Positions 35,263 to 45,738 of a stretch of DNA of 48,743 nucleotides are shown here, piece by piece. Each line of letters begins with the position of its first letter. Positions within the stretch are counted from its first letter, which is position 1. The DNA comes from a virus (Duplodnaviria; Caudoviricetes), in IMG/VR virus record IMGVR_UViG_3300020120_000076, positions 1-48,743 of that record, one strand, 5' to 3'. The notes under the pieces were generated by a model that was given only the letters and a program-made list of their open reading frames with translations, was not told where the DNA came from and did no database searches. A program made the translations under genes and the position numbers.

Positions 35263-35672
35263 GTGCGGTCCCCTTCCTCGTCGTCATACCGCTCGCCCTG
35301 GTGGGGCCGGCGCACCTCGGCTAGCATCCGAAGCGCGGTGTCGCTGTAGCGCCGGTCGTGCCCGTTCGCCGTGAGCAAGTCGGCCGCCGCCTCGATGATG
35401 ACGTCGACCTTGCGCTCGATCCGGCCGATGTTCTCCCGCGTGTACTTCCGATTCTCGATGTGCCGGCGCTCGACGTCCTCGCGGTCGCGCTCCATCTCGT
35501 CCCGAAGGCGCTGAATCGCCTCGGCGGTGCTCGTTTTCGCGTTCTTAAACTCAACGTCTTGCACGAGCTGCTTGGTGCGGAACCCGGTGAGGGCGGCAAG
35601 GAACGACAGCGCGCCCGTGCCCACCGAGGTCAAGATCACCTGCCAGATCGGGATACCCTCGGGCGTTGCCAT
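35259..35672 (-). CDS. Single-TM coiled-coil protein, holin/antiholin-like (about 137 aa)
   Basis: IWQVILTSVGTGALSFLAALTGF followed by a coiled coil; first gene of the lysis cassette. Confidence 0.55.
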   Translation of the reverse strand: MATPEGIPIWQVILTSVGTGALSFLAALTGFRTKQLVQDVEFKNAKTSTAEAIQRLRDEMERDREDVERRHIENRKYTRENIGRIERKVDVIIEAAADLLTANGHDRRYSDTALRMLAEVRRPHQGERYDDEEGDRT

Positions 35673-35685
35673 CGGCGTCACTCGG

Positions 35686-38600
35686 TCAGCGTTGGGGAGC
35701 ACGGGACGGTCCTTGCGATTGTCGCGGCTGTTGCATCTGCCGGAGCTGGCGGCGGATCGCCGGAAGCCCGGCGGCGTACTCAGCGAGGAGCTCTTGCACC
35801 TTCACGTTGACCGTCTCTTGAATCAAGCGGTCGCGGACCTCGGGCGCTATGGGCACGAGCATGATCCGGTCGACCGCCCGGCGGGCGGCTTGTGGCAACT
35901 CTAATGCGCGTTTGAGAATATCAGCCTTCGCATTGTCGTCGAGCCGGGGGTACGTGCGATCAGTGATGACCCGCTCCGCGGCGGCGCGCTTCTCGGGGCC
36001 CACCTCGCGGGACTCGGCGCGGCGCTCCTCGGGCGTCGTGGCGATCCGCTGGCCTTGATCCATACGCGCCGCTGTCGCGCCGGGGATCCCGACGCCTAAG
36101 CGGTCGATCTCTTTCAGCACGGGGTCGGTCGAGGCGGCCGAGGTCGAGACCGGGCTTGGGATCGCGGCCGCCCGGCCGAGCTCCGTCTCGCGCTCTTCCT
36201 GGCCGAACGCATTGACCCGCGCCGGCAGGCGCTTCGAGAGCCCCGGGATCCGGGACTCGACCTCTTGCACGACGCCCTGGCGCTCGCGCCGCACGGGGTC
36301 GACCGCCTTGGCCGCCCGGTTCACCATGCTCGGTACCGCGGAGCCGATCTGTGACTGGACGTAGGTGCCCCCGGCGCGCACGGGATCGTTAATCGACGCG
36401 AGCCCTGTGGCGATCCCCTTCAAGAACGGCTGGTCGGACACGGTCTTGCCGATCGCCGGGGCCATCCCCTTGAACAACGCCGAGGCGTCACCGTGGTTGG
36501 CCTTGAGCATCTCGTGGACCTCCGCGCCGAGGGCGACCATCATCCCCTGCGGCCCGAGCTGGGAGACGTTCACCCAGCGTCCGTTGAGCTTGACCGAGTG
36601 GGCGATCTTGCCCTCGGCCTCCCAGGTGTTCCGGTCTCCGGGGTTGGTCGGGTAGTCGCCCGTGGCGTTGTCCTGGCTTGCCAACCAGTAACCCAAAGCC
36701 ATAAACCCCGCCGTGCCGGTGAACGCGCGGGCGATGTCCTCGGCAAACCGCGCCTGTTTCGACGTGCCCCCGGCGGACTTGACGGCCGGGCTCGCCCGAA
36801 GGGCGGCCGTGACGAGCCCCAGCGGGGAGGCATCGACCGCCCGCATGGCGATGTTGGCCGGGATCTTGACGAATGGCACCGCGGTCTCGACGGCGACGCG
36901 GGCGGCGCTGCCACGAGCCCTCGCTTCACGCTGCACCGCGGCCCCCAGGCCGGCGAGCGCGCCCTTGTTCTGATAGACCGCCCGCTCCGCCCGGTCGATC
37001 GCCTTGACGGCCATCTCGTTCGAGGGTTGCGCGCGAAGGGCGGCGCGCGCCGTCTTGAGATCGAGCGAGGGGTCGGCCTTGACCGCTCGGGCGGCGTAGA
37101 CGTCGGCGAGCTCGTCGAGGCTCGCCTCCAGGGCGGCCATGTAAAACGGGCGGTACGCCAGGTTGTGAACGCCATGCACCAGGTGGACCCACCCGTTGAT
37201 GATCGGCGTGTCGTAGTGGACGTCCTTGACGTCCCAGCGGCCGGCCATCTCAGGCGTGATCGTCGAGCCCTTGCGGAGCATCTCCAGCCCCTCTTTCCAC
37301 CCCTTGACGAGCCCGCCCAACCGGGGGCCCGCGCGGAAGTTGAACGCGCCCGACTTCTCGCGCGGCGTGCCCCGGACGAGCGCCGCCAGGGCGTCCACGC
37401 CGACCGCCACGGGGGTCCCGATCATCTGGTCCGCCGTCTCGATCGCGTGGCTCGTGCCGACCTTGAGCACGGTGGAGAGCCCGAGCAGGTTGGTTTTCCA
37501 CCATGTCAACACCTTATCCACAGTCGACGACTCGTGGAGCGAGCTCACAAACCCGGTCAGGCCGGCGCGATCCTTGGCGGTGATGAGCCCCCGGATCTTG
37601 AGCTGCTCCTCCGGGGTGAGCGGGAGTTGCTTGGCGCGCTGGGCGAGCATCCCCCACGTCTGCTCGTCGAGCGTGGAGCGGGCGACGATCTTGTACGCAT
37701 TGAGCGTCCGCCCGGCCGCCTCGCGCTCTTTCGAGAGCTTGGCTCCCATCTCGCCGATGTCCGCCGTCACGCGCGCCATCTCGGCCGAGGCCGCGGCGCG
37801 ATCTTCGGCCGACGTCGCGGGGTCGGCCACGCGCTCGGACAAGATCTCCAGCCGGTCGACCGCCTGCTTCTGGAACATGCGCGCCGCCAGGGCCTCGGTC
37901 CCGGTCCAGGGCTTCTGTGTGAGCAAGTCCTGCGGGTCGGTCGCGCGCTCGGCGGCGGCGGCCTCGGTCTCGGCATGGCTCACCCGGTGCTTGGTGAGGT
38001 CGAGCTTCGAGACGACGTCGCGGAAGATCTGCTCGCCGTCGGGGGAGAGCCCCAGCTTGGCGATGTTGAACTGCGCTGCGCCCTTCCCCGAGGGCGTGTT
38101 GCTCACGTCGATCGGGGCCTTGTACTCGGTCCCTGTGGGTTCCCGGCGAGGGAAGAGGAAGCTCGGGCGCGCGGGCCCCCGTTGGTCTCGGATCGCCGTC
38201 TCTACGGCCGTCTTGGCCGTCGCCAACGCGGTCGCCGCGGGCCCGGCAAGGGCCGCCCGCGCCGCGCCCCGCTTCCGGAGGTACGCCACAGCGCCGGCCG
38301 CGATGGCGAGCCCCAGGCCCGACGTGAGCGCAATGGCGAGGTGGTGGGTCGGGGCGGTCGCGTACGGATTGTCGTCCGGGCCCTGGGCTCCCGCTTCCTG
38401 GTCGGGCGTGGCGAGCGCGAGCACACCGAGCACGGGCAGTCCGTACCGCCGGATCGCGCGGCGGATCTCGGGGCTGAGCTCGACCGACCAGTGGCCGAAG
38501 CCGCGGATAGAGATGTGCTCGACCGGGACGTCGAACCCGAGGCCCCGGAGGAGCCGCTTGATGGCGGCCGGGGTCATGTTGTCGTACCACTGGATCGCCG

Positions 38601-41600
38601 CCGTGGGACTCCCGCCCTCGCCGGCCAGGTTGGCGTTGGACATCCGGTTGGCCGCGTCCGACCACGCGATCCGGTCGTAGCCGCGCTCGGCCGAGTCGAC
38701 CAAGAACCGGGCGGCGTTGAGCGACAGCGCCGCTTTCTGGTCGTTCCCGAGCGGCGACAACGCCTCGAATTGGGCGGCGGTTTTCCAGGCACGCTTGGCC
38801 TCGTCGAGCTGGTCGCCGAGCTCGCGGCGCTGGGCCGTGAGCTCGGACTCGCGCACGCGAGCCTGACGCCAGGCTTCGATTGGCGCGGCCTGTTCGTCGG
38901 TGAACCTGGGGAAATCGGCGCGCCAGTTCTCGCCCCTCTGGTAGATCTCGCGGAGCACGTCCGGGGCGTAGTAGGGATGGTCAGGATCGGCGGTCGCCGC
39001 CGCACCGTGTGCCGCCTCCGCCAACCGCTCGCGCTCCGCCACCGCCTCGTCCTCGGCCTTGTCGACCTCTTTGTATCGGCGGTCGAGCTCCGCGTACTCG
39101 GCGTCGGTCGGCGCGGCGCGACCAGCGCGCTTCTGCTGCTCGGCGATCTGGTGCTGCGCGAGCGACGCCTGGGTCTCCAGCATGACCGCGATCGGCTCGC
39201 CGCGCTCGTTGCCGAGCGAGTTGAAGATCTGCGTCTCCTCGGAGGCGAGCGAATTGAGGTGATCCATCCGCGCGCGTATCTTCGCGCCGATGTCGCTCAG
39301 CTCGGGCGTGAGCGTGAGCTGGTCCTCGGGCACGCCGCGCGCCAGGCGCTCGGCCTCCTGCATCAACGCCGCGATATCCGAGCGCGTCGCCTCCTGCTGC
39401 CGGCGCACCACACGAAGATCGCGCTTGGCGTAGATAACGTCGGCCGGGTCGCTGTCCGCGTCCACGATCTCCGCTTTGTTCAAGCCGTACCGCTCGACCG
39501 CTTCGGGGATCGTGTGATCCTCGACCCGGATGTGGCCGACAGCTTTCTCCGCGCCCCGGCTCGACCAGTAGTCATGGCCGCCGAACGCCTCGCGCGTGAG
39601 CCGATCGGGCGCGTTGATCCAGTTGTTGATGAGCTCCCGGTAGTTGGTCCCGCCGCCGATCCGCTGGTATGAGGCGAACCCCGTGGGGCCTTTCACCTCG
39701 GGGGCGATCGGCATCAAATAGGGGTCCTTGGCCGCGAGCTCCTCGGGGCTGAGCACACGGGCCGGGTCATCCGCGCCGAACTGCTCGGTGACGGGCGGGA
39801 GGGCGAGCTGCGCGGGCCTAGCGACGTGGTTATCGAGCGCCGAGCGGAGGTGTTCGATCTCTTCTTTTAGCGTGTCGACCTGACCCTGCTCTTCCTCGAA
39901 ATACTCGCCCTCGTCCATGTAGTAGTGTTCGCTCTCCGCGCGGTTGTACTCCGAGCGCGCGTCGGCATAGTCGTTCAAGTCGCGCCGCACCGACTCGATG
40001 ATCGAGTCGGGCTCCAGGCCCTCCTCCTCCATCGCTTGCTGGAGCACGTCCGCCTCGTCGTCGCCCCGAGCGATCTCTTTCCCTCGGGAGTTGCGAACGA
40101 CCCACTCGTCGGGCCCGGGCTCGAAGTTGGCCCGCTCCTCGGCATTCCGGTCAATGATCTTGAGCGCGGCGTCGGGGCCATAGATCTCGCGCACCCGGTC
40201 GGCGATGCGGGCGAGGAAGCTCTCGCGCGACTCGCCCTCGATCGGGGTAGGCATCTTCCACTCGTCGGTGACGACGCCGTTCTCGACGCGGCGGCCCATC
40301 GGACCCTCGCGCGCCGCGGGGTTGGCGTGCGTCACCTGGACAAACTCGTCGGCCTCGGGCGGCGCTTGGGGCTCTTCCTCCCAGGTGTACCCCTCGCGGC
40401 TCAGGATCTCCGCCGGATCGCTCGACGGATAGAGGTCATCCTGGATCAATTCGAGCGCCTTGTCGACCGCGTCGCGCGGGACGTACTCGGCCTCGACGTG
40501 TTCGTCGAGATAGCCGATGGCCGGGTCGGCGAGCCGAAGGTCTAAACCAGCGCCCGAGAGCGTGTCACGGAGCTCGGTCTCGCGTTGGTCCATTACCTCC
40601 TGGGCGTCCTCCATTTCGCGCCGCGCCCCGGCGATGCGCGACTCAATCTCGTCCTCGATCTCGGTGATCTTGGCCGCGCGGTTGTCGATCTGCTCGGTCA
40701 CCGTCTCCGGCTCGACGCCCTCCGCCAGCCGGTAGTCGTGGCCCGGGGCCTCGCGGTCGATCAGCTCGTCGATGTCGGTGATCTCGTCGGCGTTGCCCGC
40801 GCCGAAGTTCTCGCCCCGCGCTTCGCGGACGGCCGAGGTGCCGAGCGTGACGCGCTCGATCTGCGGGCTCTTGGCGTCGATGAACCGCTGGACGTCGGCG
40901 CGCGAGACCTTGACCCCCTTGGTCTTGGCGTCCTCCAGAAGCGGGCGGATGAGCTGGAGCTCGGCCTTGGAGAACTTGGGGGCCTCGCTCCCGGTGAGCT
41001 TGCCGATCCAGTCGGCCGCCGGCCGCGCGGCGTCCCATGATTTGGGGAGCGCGTCGACCGCATTCCGGAGACGCGAGACAAACCCTCGGGACTGCGGGCC
41101 CTCGGGGACGAGCTCGCGCCCGCCCTCGCCGCCATGTGGGACGAGAGATGTCCCCGCCACGACCATCGCCCCCAGGGCGAGGAGCTTGTTCCGATCCTCG
41201 GAGTCGCCCTTGTCGAACGCGGCCAGCGCGGGGATCGCGGCCAGCGCCGCCCCTCGCTCGACCCCGAGCTTCCGAGCGGCGGCGACGGCGGCCTGGCCCA
41301 CCGGGGTCTCGGCCGCCGAGCGCCCAAGGGCGAGCGTCTTGGCGTACGCCGCAACGCCCCGCTGCCAGAGCGCCGCCCTGGGGTCGACCGATCCCGCCGT
41401 GGCCGCGCCGCCGCGTTCGGCGAGCAACCCCGCGAGGCGCGCGCGATCGGACGCCGACGCGCCCTCGATCACGGTCCCGGGGTAGACGACTCCCTTAGCC
41501 TCGGGCCCCAGGTGCTCGCGCGCCAACTCCAGCACGCGAGCGGCATCGGCCGCGGTGCGGCCCTCGGGGAGCGCCAACTGGATCTTGGCTTCGGGCCGAA

Positions 41601-43644
41601 GCTGGATCACCGAGGAGCCGTCCACATGGCCCTCGGGGTCGGCCTCGTGGATCGCGGTCATTGCCCGGCGATACTCCTCGGGGGTCATCTCGCGGCCCAC
41701 GTCCAGCTCGACCACCTGCCGCGCGCCCTCGGGATCCGGGACGGCGTGCATGAGTCCCGCCTCGCGGCCGGCATAGCTCGCCCGCTGCAACACGCGCTCG
41801 ATCGCCGCGCGGTCAAACTCGGGCGGAAAGTGAACCTCCTCGCCCGCGCCAGCCAGGCCGCCTGTAAGCGTTCTTGAAAGAGACTTCTGTGCCGTCTCCG
41901 GCAACGCTTCCTCACGCGACACCGGCTCGACCACGTTTCGCTGATAGAGCTCGGCCAACCGCTCGCGGGAGCCGTCGCCGACGGCGGCGTGCTCCTCGGC
42001 GCTGGGCTCGGGCCGTGGCGCGGGGGCCCGAGGTTCGGCCCCGAGCTCGCGCGCACTCGCGCCCTCGCGCACCGACTGCGCGGCCTGGTCGGTTGTGGCG
42101 AGCGAGCTAAGCGCCCGTTGCTCGCCCACCTGTTGCTTCGCTGCGCCGACCACCTCTTGGGCCGCCCCGCCCACGGCTTGGCCGGCCTGACGCGCCTGGG
42201 CCTCGGCCCCCTGTTGCACCTCGATCTGCCCGACGTCCATGAGCTGCATTTGCGTCACGGCGTCCGCCGCCTCGGCGGGCCGGAGGCGAGAAGCGAGGGC
42301 CTCGGTGGTGCCGCGCGCGACGCCCCCGGTAACGGCCGCCGCCCCTCGGACGGCCGACGCCAGCGCGCCGGTCCCGAGCTCGGAGACCGCGCCAAAACCC
42401 GCCTGGGCGACCATGTTCTCGATCGCGGCGTTGGCCGCCGTCAAGGGGTCCGCGCCGTTGAGCCGCGCCTCGCGGTACGAGATCCCCGCGCCCACGACCT
42501 GGCCCTGCGTCAACCCACGGCCCACGCGCGCCGGGAGCTGGGCCTGGAACTGCTGCATTTCGGTCCCGAGGTTACTCAAGACGTTGGCGGGCGTGGCGTT
42601 GAGCGGTCGGGGCCCGGCGACCATCGGGAGCTCCTCGGGCGCGGCCGAGCCAATCGCTTCGCCGATCGAGCGCACCCCGGTCCCCAAGGCGCGCACCGCG
42701 CCCGAGCGGCCCAGCGCGCCGCCCGTCTCCAGCGCCTCGCCGATGACGCGAGCGCCGCCGCCGAGCGCGCGGCCGGCCATGCCCCCGAGCTCGAAGTAGG
42801 GCGCGGAGCCGAGGACCGTGGCGGCCAAGTCCTGGCCCGGCGTCGCGCGCGGCGTCGCCCCCGTGGGGGCGGTGATCCCGACCCTCGCCTGCTCTTCGGC
42901 CGACGGGAGCGCGCCCGGCTGCTGCGCGCCCGCGATTGTTTCCTCCTGGGCCGGGAACGGGTTGAGGATCGGCCCCAGGAACGCCGAGGTCACCTTGCCC
43001 GAGAAGTCCCGCGTCTGCTCCAGCGCGTCGGCGTAGTTGTTGAGGCGGTTGACCGCGTCCTCGTAGCCGGCCGCCTCCTGGTGCCGGCCCGCCGCGCGAG
43101 CCGCCTGCATCGACTGCTGGAACTTGTCGGCCTCGGCGCGGAGCCGCTCCGGCGTGGCCGGCGGGAGCGCCCGCTGTGCCGACTCGAAGGTCGCCTGCTC
43201 GCGGGCGGGAGCGAACACCTCGTTGGTCGGCGCAATCGTCCCGCCGCCCCCACGCCCCCCACCGCGCGAGCCGCCGCGCGGCGTGCCGATGGGCACGGTC
43301 GTCTGACTGGGGAGCTTGGGGTAGATGGGGCCCGGTTCCACAGCGTCGCGCCCGGCCCCGGGCGTCGCCGCTGGCGCGCTCGAAGCGGGGAGATAGGGGT
43401 TGTCATCGACCGGCGCGGCGGGGGCCGTGGCGGGCCCCTGGCTCGCCTGGTCGGTCACGTTGTAGAAGATGTCCGGGTCCTGGTGCTTCCAGTCCGACTC
43501 GCCGGGCGGCGCTGGCCGAATGTTCGGCATCGTGTAGACCGCCGAGGGATCGGCACCGCGAGGGTGCCGCTGGGGCGCGCGACGCGGCCGGTAGGGATTC
43601 TCCGGATCTTGGGGCGGGAGGACTTCCTCGTCGGTGTCAGCCAT
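35686..43644 (-). CDS. Giant internal virion/ejection (polyvalent-type) protein, 2652 aa
   Basis: Last of the ejection cluster. Ala/Gly-rich helices; central FVSRL...GGTNYREL...GHIR...ETQ...GYDRIAW...YD module; helical C-terminal region (PFVKIPANI, NAFGQ). Confidence 0.8.
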   Translation of the reverse strand: MADTDEEVLPPQDPENPYRPRRAPQRHPRGADPSAVYTMPNIRPAPPGESDWKHQDPDIFYNVTDQASQGPATAPAAPVDDNPYLPASSAPAATPGAGRDAVEPGPIYPKLPSQTTVPIGTPRGGSRGGGRGGGGTIAPTNEVFAPAREQATFESAQRALPPATPERLRAEADKFQQSMQAARAAGRHQEAAGYEDAVNRLNNYADALEQTRDFSGKVTSAFLGPILNPFPAQEETIAGAQQPGALPSAEEQARVGITAPTGATPRATPGQDLAATVLGSAPYFELGGMAGRALGGGARVIGEALETGGALGRSGAVRALGTGVRSIGEAIGSAAPEELPMVAGPRPLNATPANVLSNLGTEMQQFQAQLPARVGRGLTQGQVVGAGISYREARLNGADPLTAANAAIENMVAQAGFGAVSELGTGALASAVRGAAAVTGGVARGTTEALASRLRPAEAADAVTQMQLMDVGQIEVQQGAEAQARQAGQAVGGAAQEVVGAAKQQVGEQRALSSLATTDQAAQSVREGASARELGAEPRAPAPRPEPSAEEHAAVGDGSRERLAELYQRNVVEPVSREEALPETAQKSLSRTLTGGLAGAGEEVHFPPEFDRAAIERVLQRASYAGREAGLMHAVPDPEGARQVVELDVGREMTPEEYRRAMTAIHEADPEGHVDGSSVIQLRPEAKIQLALPEGRTAADAARVLELAREHLGPEAKGVVYPGTVIEGASASDRARLAGLLAERGGAATAGSVDPRAALWQRGVAAYAKTLALGRSAAETPVGQAAVAAARKLGVERGAALAAIPALAAFDKGDSEDRNKLLALGAMVVAGTSLVPHGGEGGRELVPEGPQSRGFVSRLRNAVDALPKSWDAARPAADWIGKLTGSEAPKFSKAELQLIRPLLEDAKTKGVKVSRADVQRFIDAKSPQIERVTLGTSAVREARGENFGAGNADEITDIDELIDREAPGHDYRLAEGVEPETVTEQIDNRAAKITEIEDEIESRIAGARREMEDAQEVMDQRETELRDTLSGAGLDLRLADPAIGYLDEHVEAEYVPRDAVDKALELIQDDLYPSSDPAEILSREGYTWEEEPQAPPEADEFVQVTHANPAAREGPMGRRVENGVVTDEWKMPTPIEGESRESFLARIADRVREIYGPDAALKIIDRNAEERANFEPGPDEWVVRNSRGKEIARGDDEADVLQQAMEEEGLEPDSIIESVRRDLNDYADARSEYNRAESEHYYMDEGEYFEEEQGQVDTLKEEIEHLRSALDNHVARPAQLALPPVTEQFGADDPARVLSPEELAAKDPYLMPIAPEVKGPTGFASYQRIGGGTNYRELINNWINAPDRLTREAFGGHDYWSSRGAEKAVGHIRVEDHTIPEAVERYGLNKAEIVDADSDPADVIYAKRDLRVVRRQQEATRSDIAALMQEAERLARGVPEDQLTLTPELSDIGAKIRARMDHLNSLASEETQIFNSLGNERGEPIAVMLETQASLAQHQIAEQQKRAGRAAPTDAEYAELDRRYKEVDKAEDEAVAERERLAEAAHGAAATADPDHPYYAPDVLREIYQRGENWRADFPRFTDEQAAPIEAWRQARVRESELTAQRRELGDQLDEAKRAWKTAAQFEALSPLGNDQKAALSLNAARFLVDSAERGYDRIAWSDAANRMSNANLAGEGGSPTAAIQWYDNMTPAAIKRLLRGLGFDVPVEHISIRGFGHWSVELSPEIRRAIRRYGLPVLGVLALATPDQEAGAQGPDDNPYATAPTHHLAIALTSGLGLAIAAGAVAYLRKRGAARAALAGPAATALATAKTAVETAIRDQRGPARPSFLFPRREPTGTEYKAPIDVSNTPSGKGAAQFNIAKLGLSPDGEQIFRDVVSKLDLTKHRVSHAETEAAAAERATDPQDLLTQKPWTGTEALAARMFQKQAVDRLEILSERVADPATSAEDRAAASAEMARVTADIGEMGAKLSKEREAAGRTLNAYKIVARSTLDEQTWGMLAQRAKQLPLTPEEQLKIRGLITAKDRAGLTGFVSSLHESSTVDKVLTWWKTNLLGLSTVLKVGTSHAIETADQMIGTPVAVGVDALAALVRGTPREKSGAFNFRAGPRLGGLVKGWKEGLEMLRKGSTITPEMAGRWDVKDVHYDTPIINGWVHLVHGVHNLAYRPFYMAALEASLDELADVYAARAVKADPSLDLKTARAALRAQPSNEMAVKAIDRAERAVYQNKGALAGLGAAVQREARARGSAARVAVETAVPFVKIPANIAMRAVDASPLGLVTAALRASPAVKSAGGTSKQARFAEDIARAFTGTAGFMALGYWLASQDNATGDYPTNPGDRNTWEAEGKIAHSVKLNGRWVNVSQLGPQGMMVALGAEVHEMLKANHGDASALFKGMAPAIGKTVSDQPFLKGIATGLASINDPVRAGGTYVQSQIGSAVPSMVNRAAKAVDPVRRERQGVVQEVESRIPGLSKRLPARVNAFGQEERETELGRAAAIPSPVSTSAASTDPVLKEIDRLGVGIPGATAARMDQGQRIATTPEERRAESREVGPEKRAAAERVITDRTYPRLDDNAKADILKRALELPQAARRAVDRIMLVPIAPEVRDRLIQETVNVKVQELLAEYAAGLPAIRRQLRQMQQPRQSQGPSRAPQR

Positions 43645-44933
43645 TACCGGCCCGGCGGGGGATAGCCCTCGGTCGCCATTCTGCGGAGGATCGCGTTCCG
43701 GTCGAGCCCTTGTTGCCTGAGCTGGTCGTACCGCGCGGCGGCGTCAGGCCGGCCCGTGCGTCCGCCGCCCCGAGCGCCGTCCTTGGTGCGGTCCGTCGAC
43801 GGCGGCCCCGGTTGGTCGACCCGGCCGCCGCCCGAGGAGGGCGGCTCCGCGGGAGCGGCTGGCGAGGCGCGGTTCCCGAGCTCACGATCGAGCAAGCCGC
43901 CGAGGACCGTGCCCGTCGTGGGCGCGCGGTTGGGCGGGTTGTGGTAACGATCGAGCGCGGCATAGAGCTCGCTTTCCGGGATCGGTTGCCGGATTTTGCC
44001 ATTCCGGTAGAGACCCCCGGCGTACTGCGACAGCGCCTCGGGCGTGACCCGGCGGCCGGGATTCTGGCCGGCGAGCGACTGGACGATCTGATCGGCCTGG
44101 GCCTGGACCTGACGCCGCCCCAAGTCGGCCGTCTCCGCGTTGGCGTGGGCGGCTGTCGCGGCCCGGCTCGCCTGGAGACTTGGGGACTCCGCGCGCGGCG
44201 TCTGAGCTGCTCGCCCTCGGGACTCGGCGGCGATCTGTGCGGCGGTCACCCGTGCGCCCGCTCCGGTGCGCGCGATGCGCTCGGCCGACGCCCGGGTGTT
44301 CTGGTTCCGCATGTCCTCGCCCTGGTTGCGAATGATCTCCGCCAAGACCTGGGGACTCATGCCGCGCGGGATCCGGTAGTGCTGGCCGGTCGACGCTTCG
44401 ACGTCGTACGTGGGGCCCAAGCCCGTGAGGTCGCCCATCGCCGCACCGATCCCGCCCCGAGCGCCGGCCTGTGGCTGGACGCCGCCCTGGGGGATCTGCT
44501 CGTCCCACATCGTGCCCTGGCCGGTCGAGGGTTGCTCGTCGAACACGGTCCTCGGCGCGGGCCGGGTCGAGCCAGGCCGGGTGAGCTGGCTTCGGTCGAC
44601 GGCCATCTGCGGGGGTGGGAGCGCGGTGTTCCCGGTGGGGATCTGGTCGGCTTCTGTCTGGCGGTCGGCCTCGTACTGGCCCGGCCGGAATACGCGGTTG
44701 AACCCCGTCCGGACGGCCGAGCCCACCGAACGCATCCGGTCCATTGGCGACGGCGGAGCCTCGCCCACCTCATAGCCTCCCTGCTCGGAGATCTTGTTTC
44801 GCTCCTCGCGCTGGGCGTCTTGCTGGGCGACGTACTGGTCGATGGCGTGGCCGATCGCGCGCGTCGGGCCCTGGTCGCGGGCGTAGTCGCCCTCGTTGTA
44901 GATCGGGTCGAGCTGCAACGAATAGCGTGGCAT
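43644..44933 (-). CDS. Putative ejection protein (429 aa)
   Basis: ATG 44933 with GGAGG RBS; low-complexity Gln/Ala/Pro/Gly composition; TAATG coupling to the giant gene. Confidence 0.7.
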   Translation of the reverse strand: MPRYSLQLDPIYNEGDYARDQGPTRAIGHAIDQYVAQQDAQREERNKISEQGGYEVGEAPPSPMDRMRSVGSAVRTGFNRVFRPGQYEADRQTEADQIPTGNTALPPPQMAVDRSQLTRPGSTRPAPRTVFDEQPSTGQGTMWDEQIPQGGVQPQAGARGGIGAAMGDLTGLGPTYDVEASTGQHYRIPRGMSPQVLAEIIRNQGEDMRNQNTRASAERIARTGAGARVTAAQIAAESRGRAAQTPRAESPSLQASRAATAAHANAETADLGRRQVQAQADQIVQSLAGQNPGRRVTPEALSQYAGGLYRNGKIRQPIPESELYAALDRYHNPPNRAPTTGTVLGGLLDRELGNRASPAAPAEPPSSGGGRVDQPGPPSTDRTKDGARGGGRTGRPDAAARYDQLRQQGLDRNAILRRMATEGYPPPGR

Positions 44934-44937
44934 GTCG

Positions 44938-45570
44938 TCACCCTCCCGCGACGGAGCCGCCGAGGGCGGACCCGATGCCGTAGCCGATTTGCGGCGCGCC
45001 GAAGAGTGCGCCGGCCCCCGCGCCGAGGATGCCGCCGATCGCGGAGCCGATCCCCGCGCGGCGTGAGCGTTTGCGTGCTTCCGACTCCCGGTACGCATTC
45101 TCCATCTCCTGCCGACGGCTGGTGAGGAGGTCGTTGGCGTCCTCGGTCGAGCGTTGGCCGAAGTTGCCCAAGTCCTCGGTGTTCCGGAGGTCGAGGCCCG
45201 TGGCGGCGACCGCTTGCTGCGACACGCGGTTCGAGAAGTCGTCGAGCGCCGAGCGGACGAGCCGGCCCTGGTCGACATCGAAGTAGCCGGTGTCGAGCCG
45301 CCCCGCGCCGGCCGCCTGGCTCTTGAGCGTGTTGAGCTGCTGGCCGAGCGCCGAGGAGATCGAGCCCCAGGCCCCCTGTGCGTACTGGTTGACCGCTTTC
45401 GAGGCGTCGAAGTTTTGCGCCCGGGTCATGTACCCCGTCGTGGCGGCGTTCCCCTGGCCTTGCTCGAAGCCCTGCTGGTTGTCCTCGGCGAGCGCGGCCT
45501 CGTCGCGGGTGATCGTCCGCGTGCGGGGCGTGTACCCGTACCCGCTATACGGAACCATGCTGGTGCCCAT
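44938..45570 (-). CDS. Putative DNA-transfer/pilot ejection protein (210 aa)
   Basis: Gln/Ala-rich helix with a C-terminal glycine zipper GIGSAIGGILGAGAGALFG. Confidence 0.7.
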   Translation of the reverse strand: MGTSMVPYSGYGYTPRTRTITRDEAALAEDNQQGFEQGQGNAATTGYMTRAQNFDASKAVNQYAQGAWGSISSALGQQLNTLKSQAAGAGRLDTGYFDVDQGRLVRSALDDFSNRVSQQAVAATGLDLRNTEDLGNFGQRSTEDANDLLTSRRQEMENAYRESEARKRSRRAGIGSAIGGILGAGAGALFGAPQIGYGIGSALGGSVAGG

Positions 45571-45573
45571 AGG

Positions 45574-45738
45574 TCACTCGGTGAAAGAGATGAGAGCCAC
45601 GTAGTTCGCGCCAAGGACGAGCTTGATGTCAATGTACGTTCGCTGGGCCCCGCTCGCGAGGAACGTGTTGATCGACGTCTCCAGTGTGGCAGCGTCGGCC
45701 TCCTCAATGACACGTACCTTCACGATCGCCAGCTTCAT
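45574..45738 (-). CDS. Small hypothetical protein (54 aa)
   Basis: MKLAIVKVRVIEEADAATLETSINTFL...; ATGA coupling. Confidence 0.65.
   Translation of the reverse strand: MKLAIVKVRVIEEADAATLETSINTFLASGAQRTYIDIKLVLGANYVALISFTE

Noticed and set aside
36493-39672. 1059-aa plus-strand ORF and other long antisense ORFs (e.g. 12002-14185, 2756-4567, 43176-45125)
   Set aside because: Shadows of GC3-biased minus-strand genes; Arg/Gly/Val-rich with no motifs or RBS.
35686-43644. Tape-measure protein or virion RNA polymerase
   Set aside because: No tube or chaperone genes and no recognisable polymerase catalytic motifs; context fits a podovirus ejection protein.
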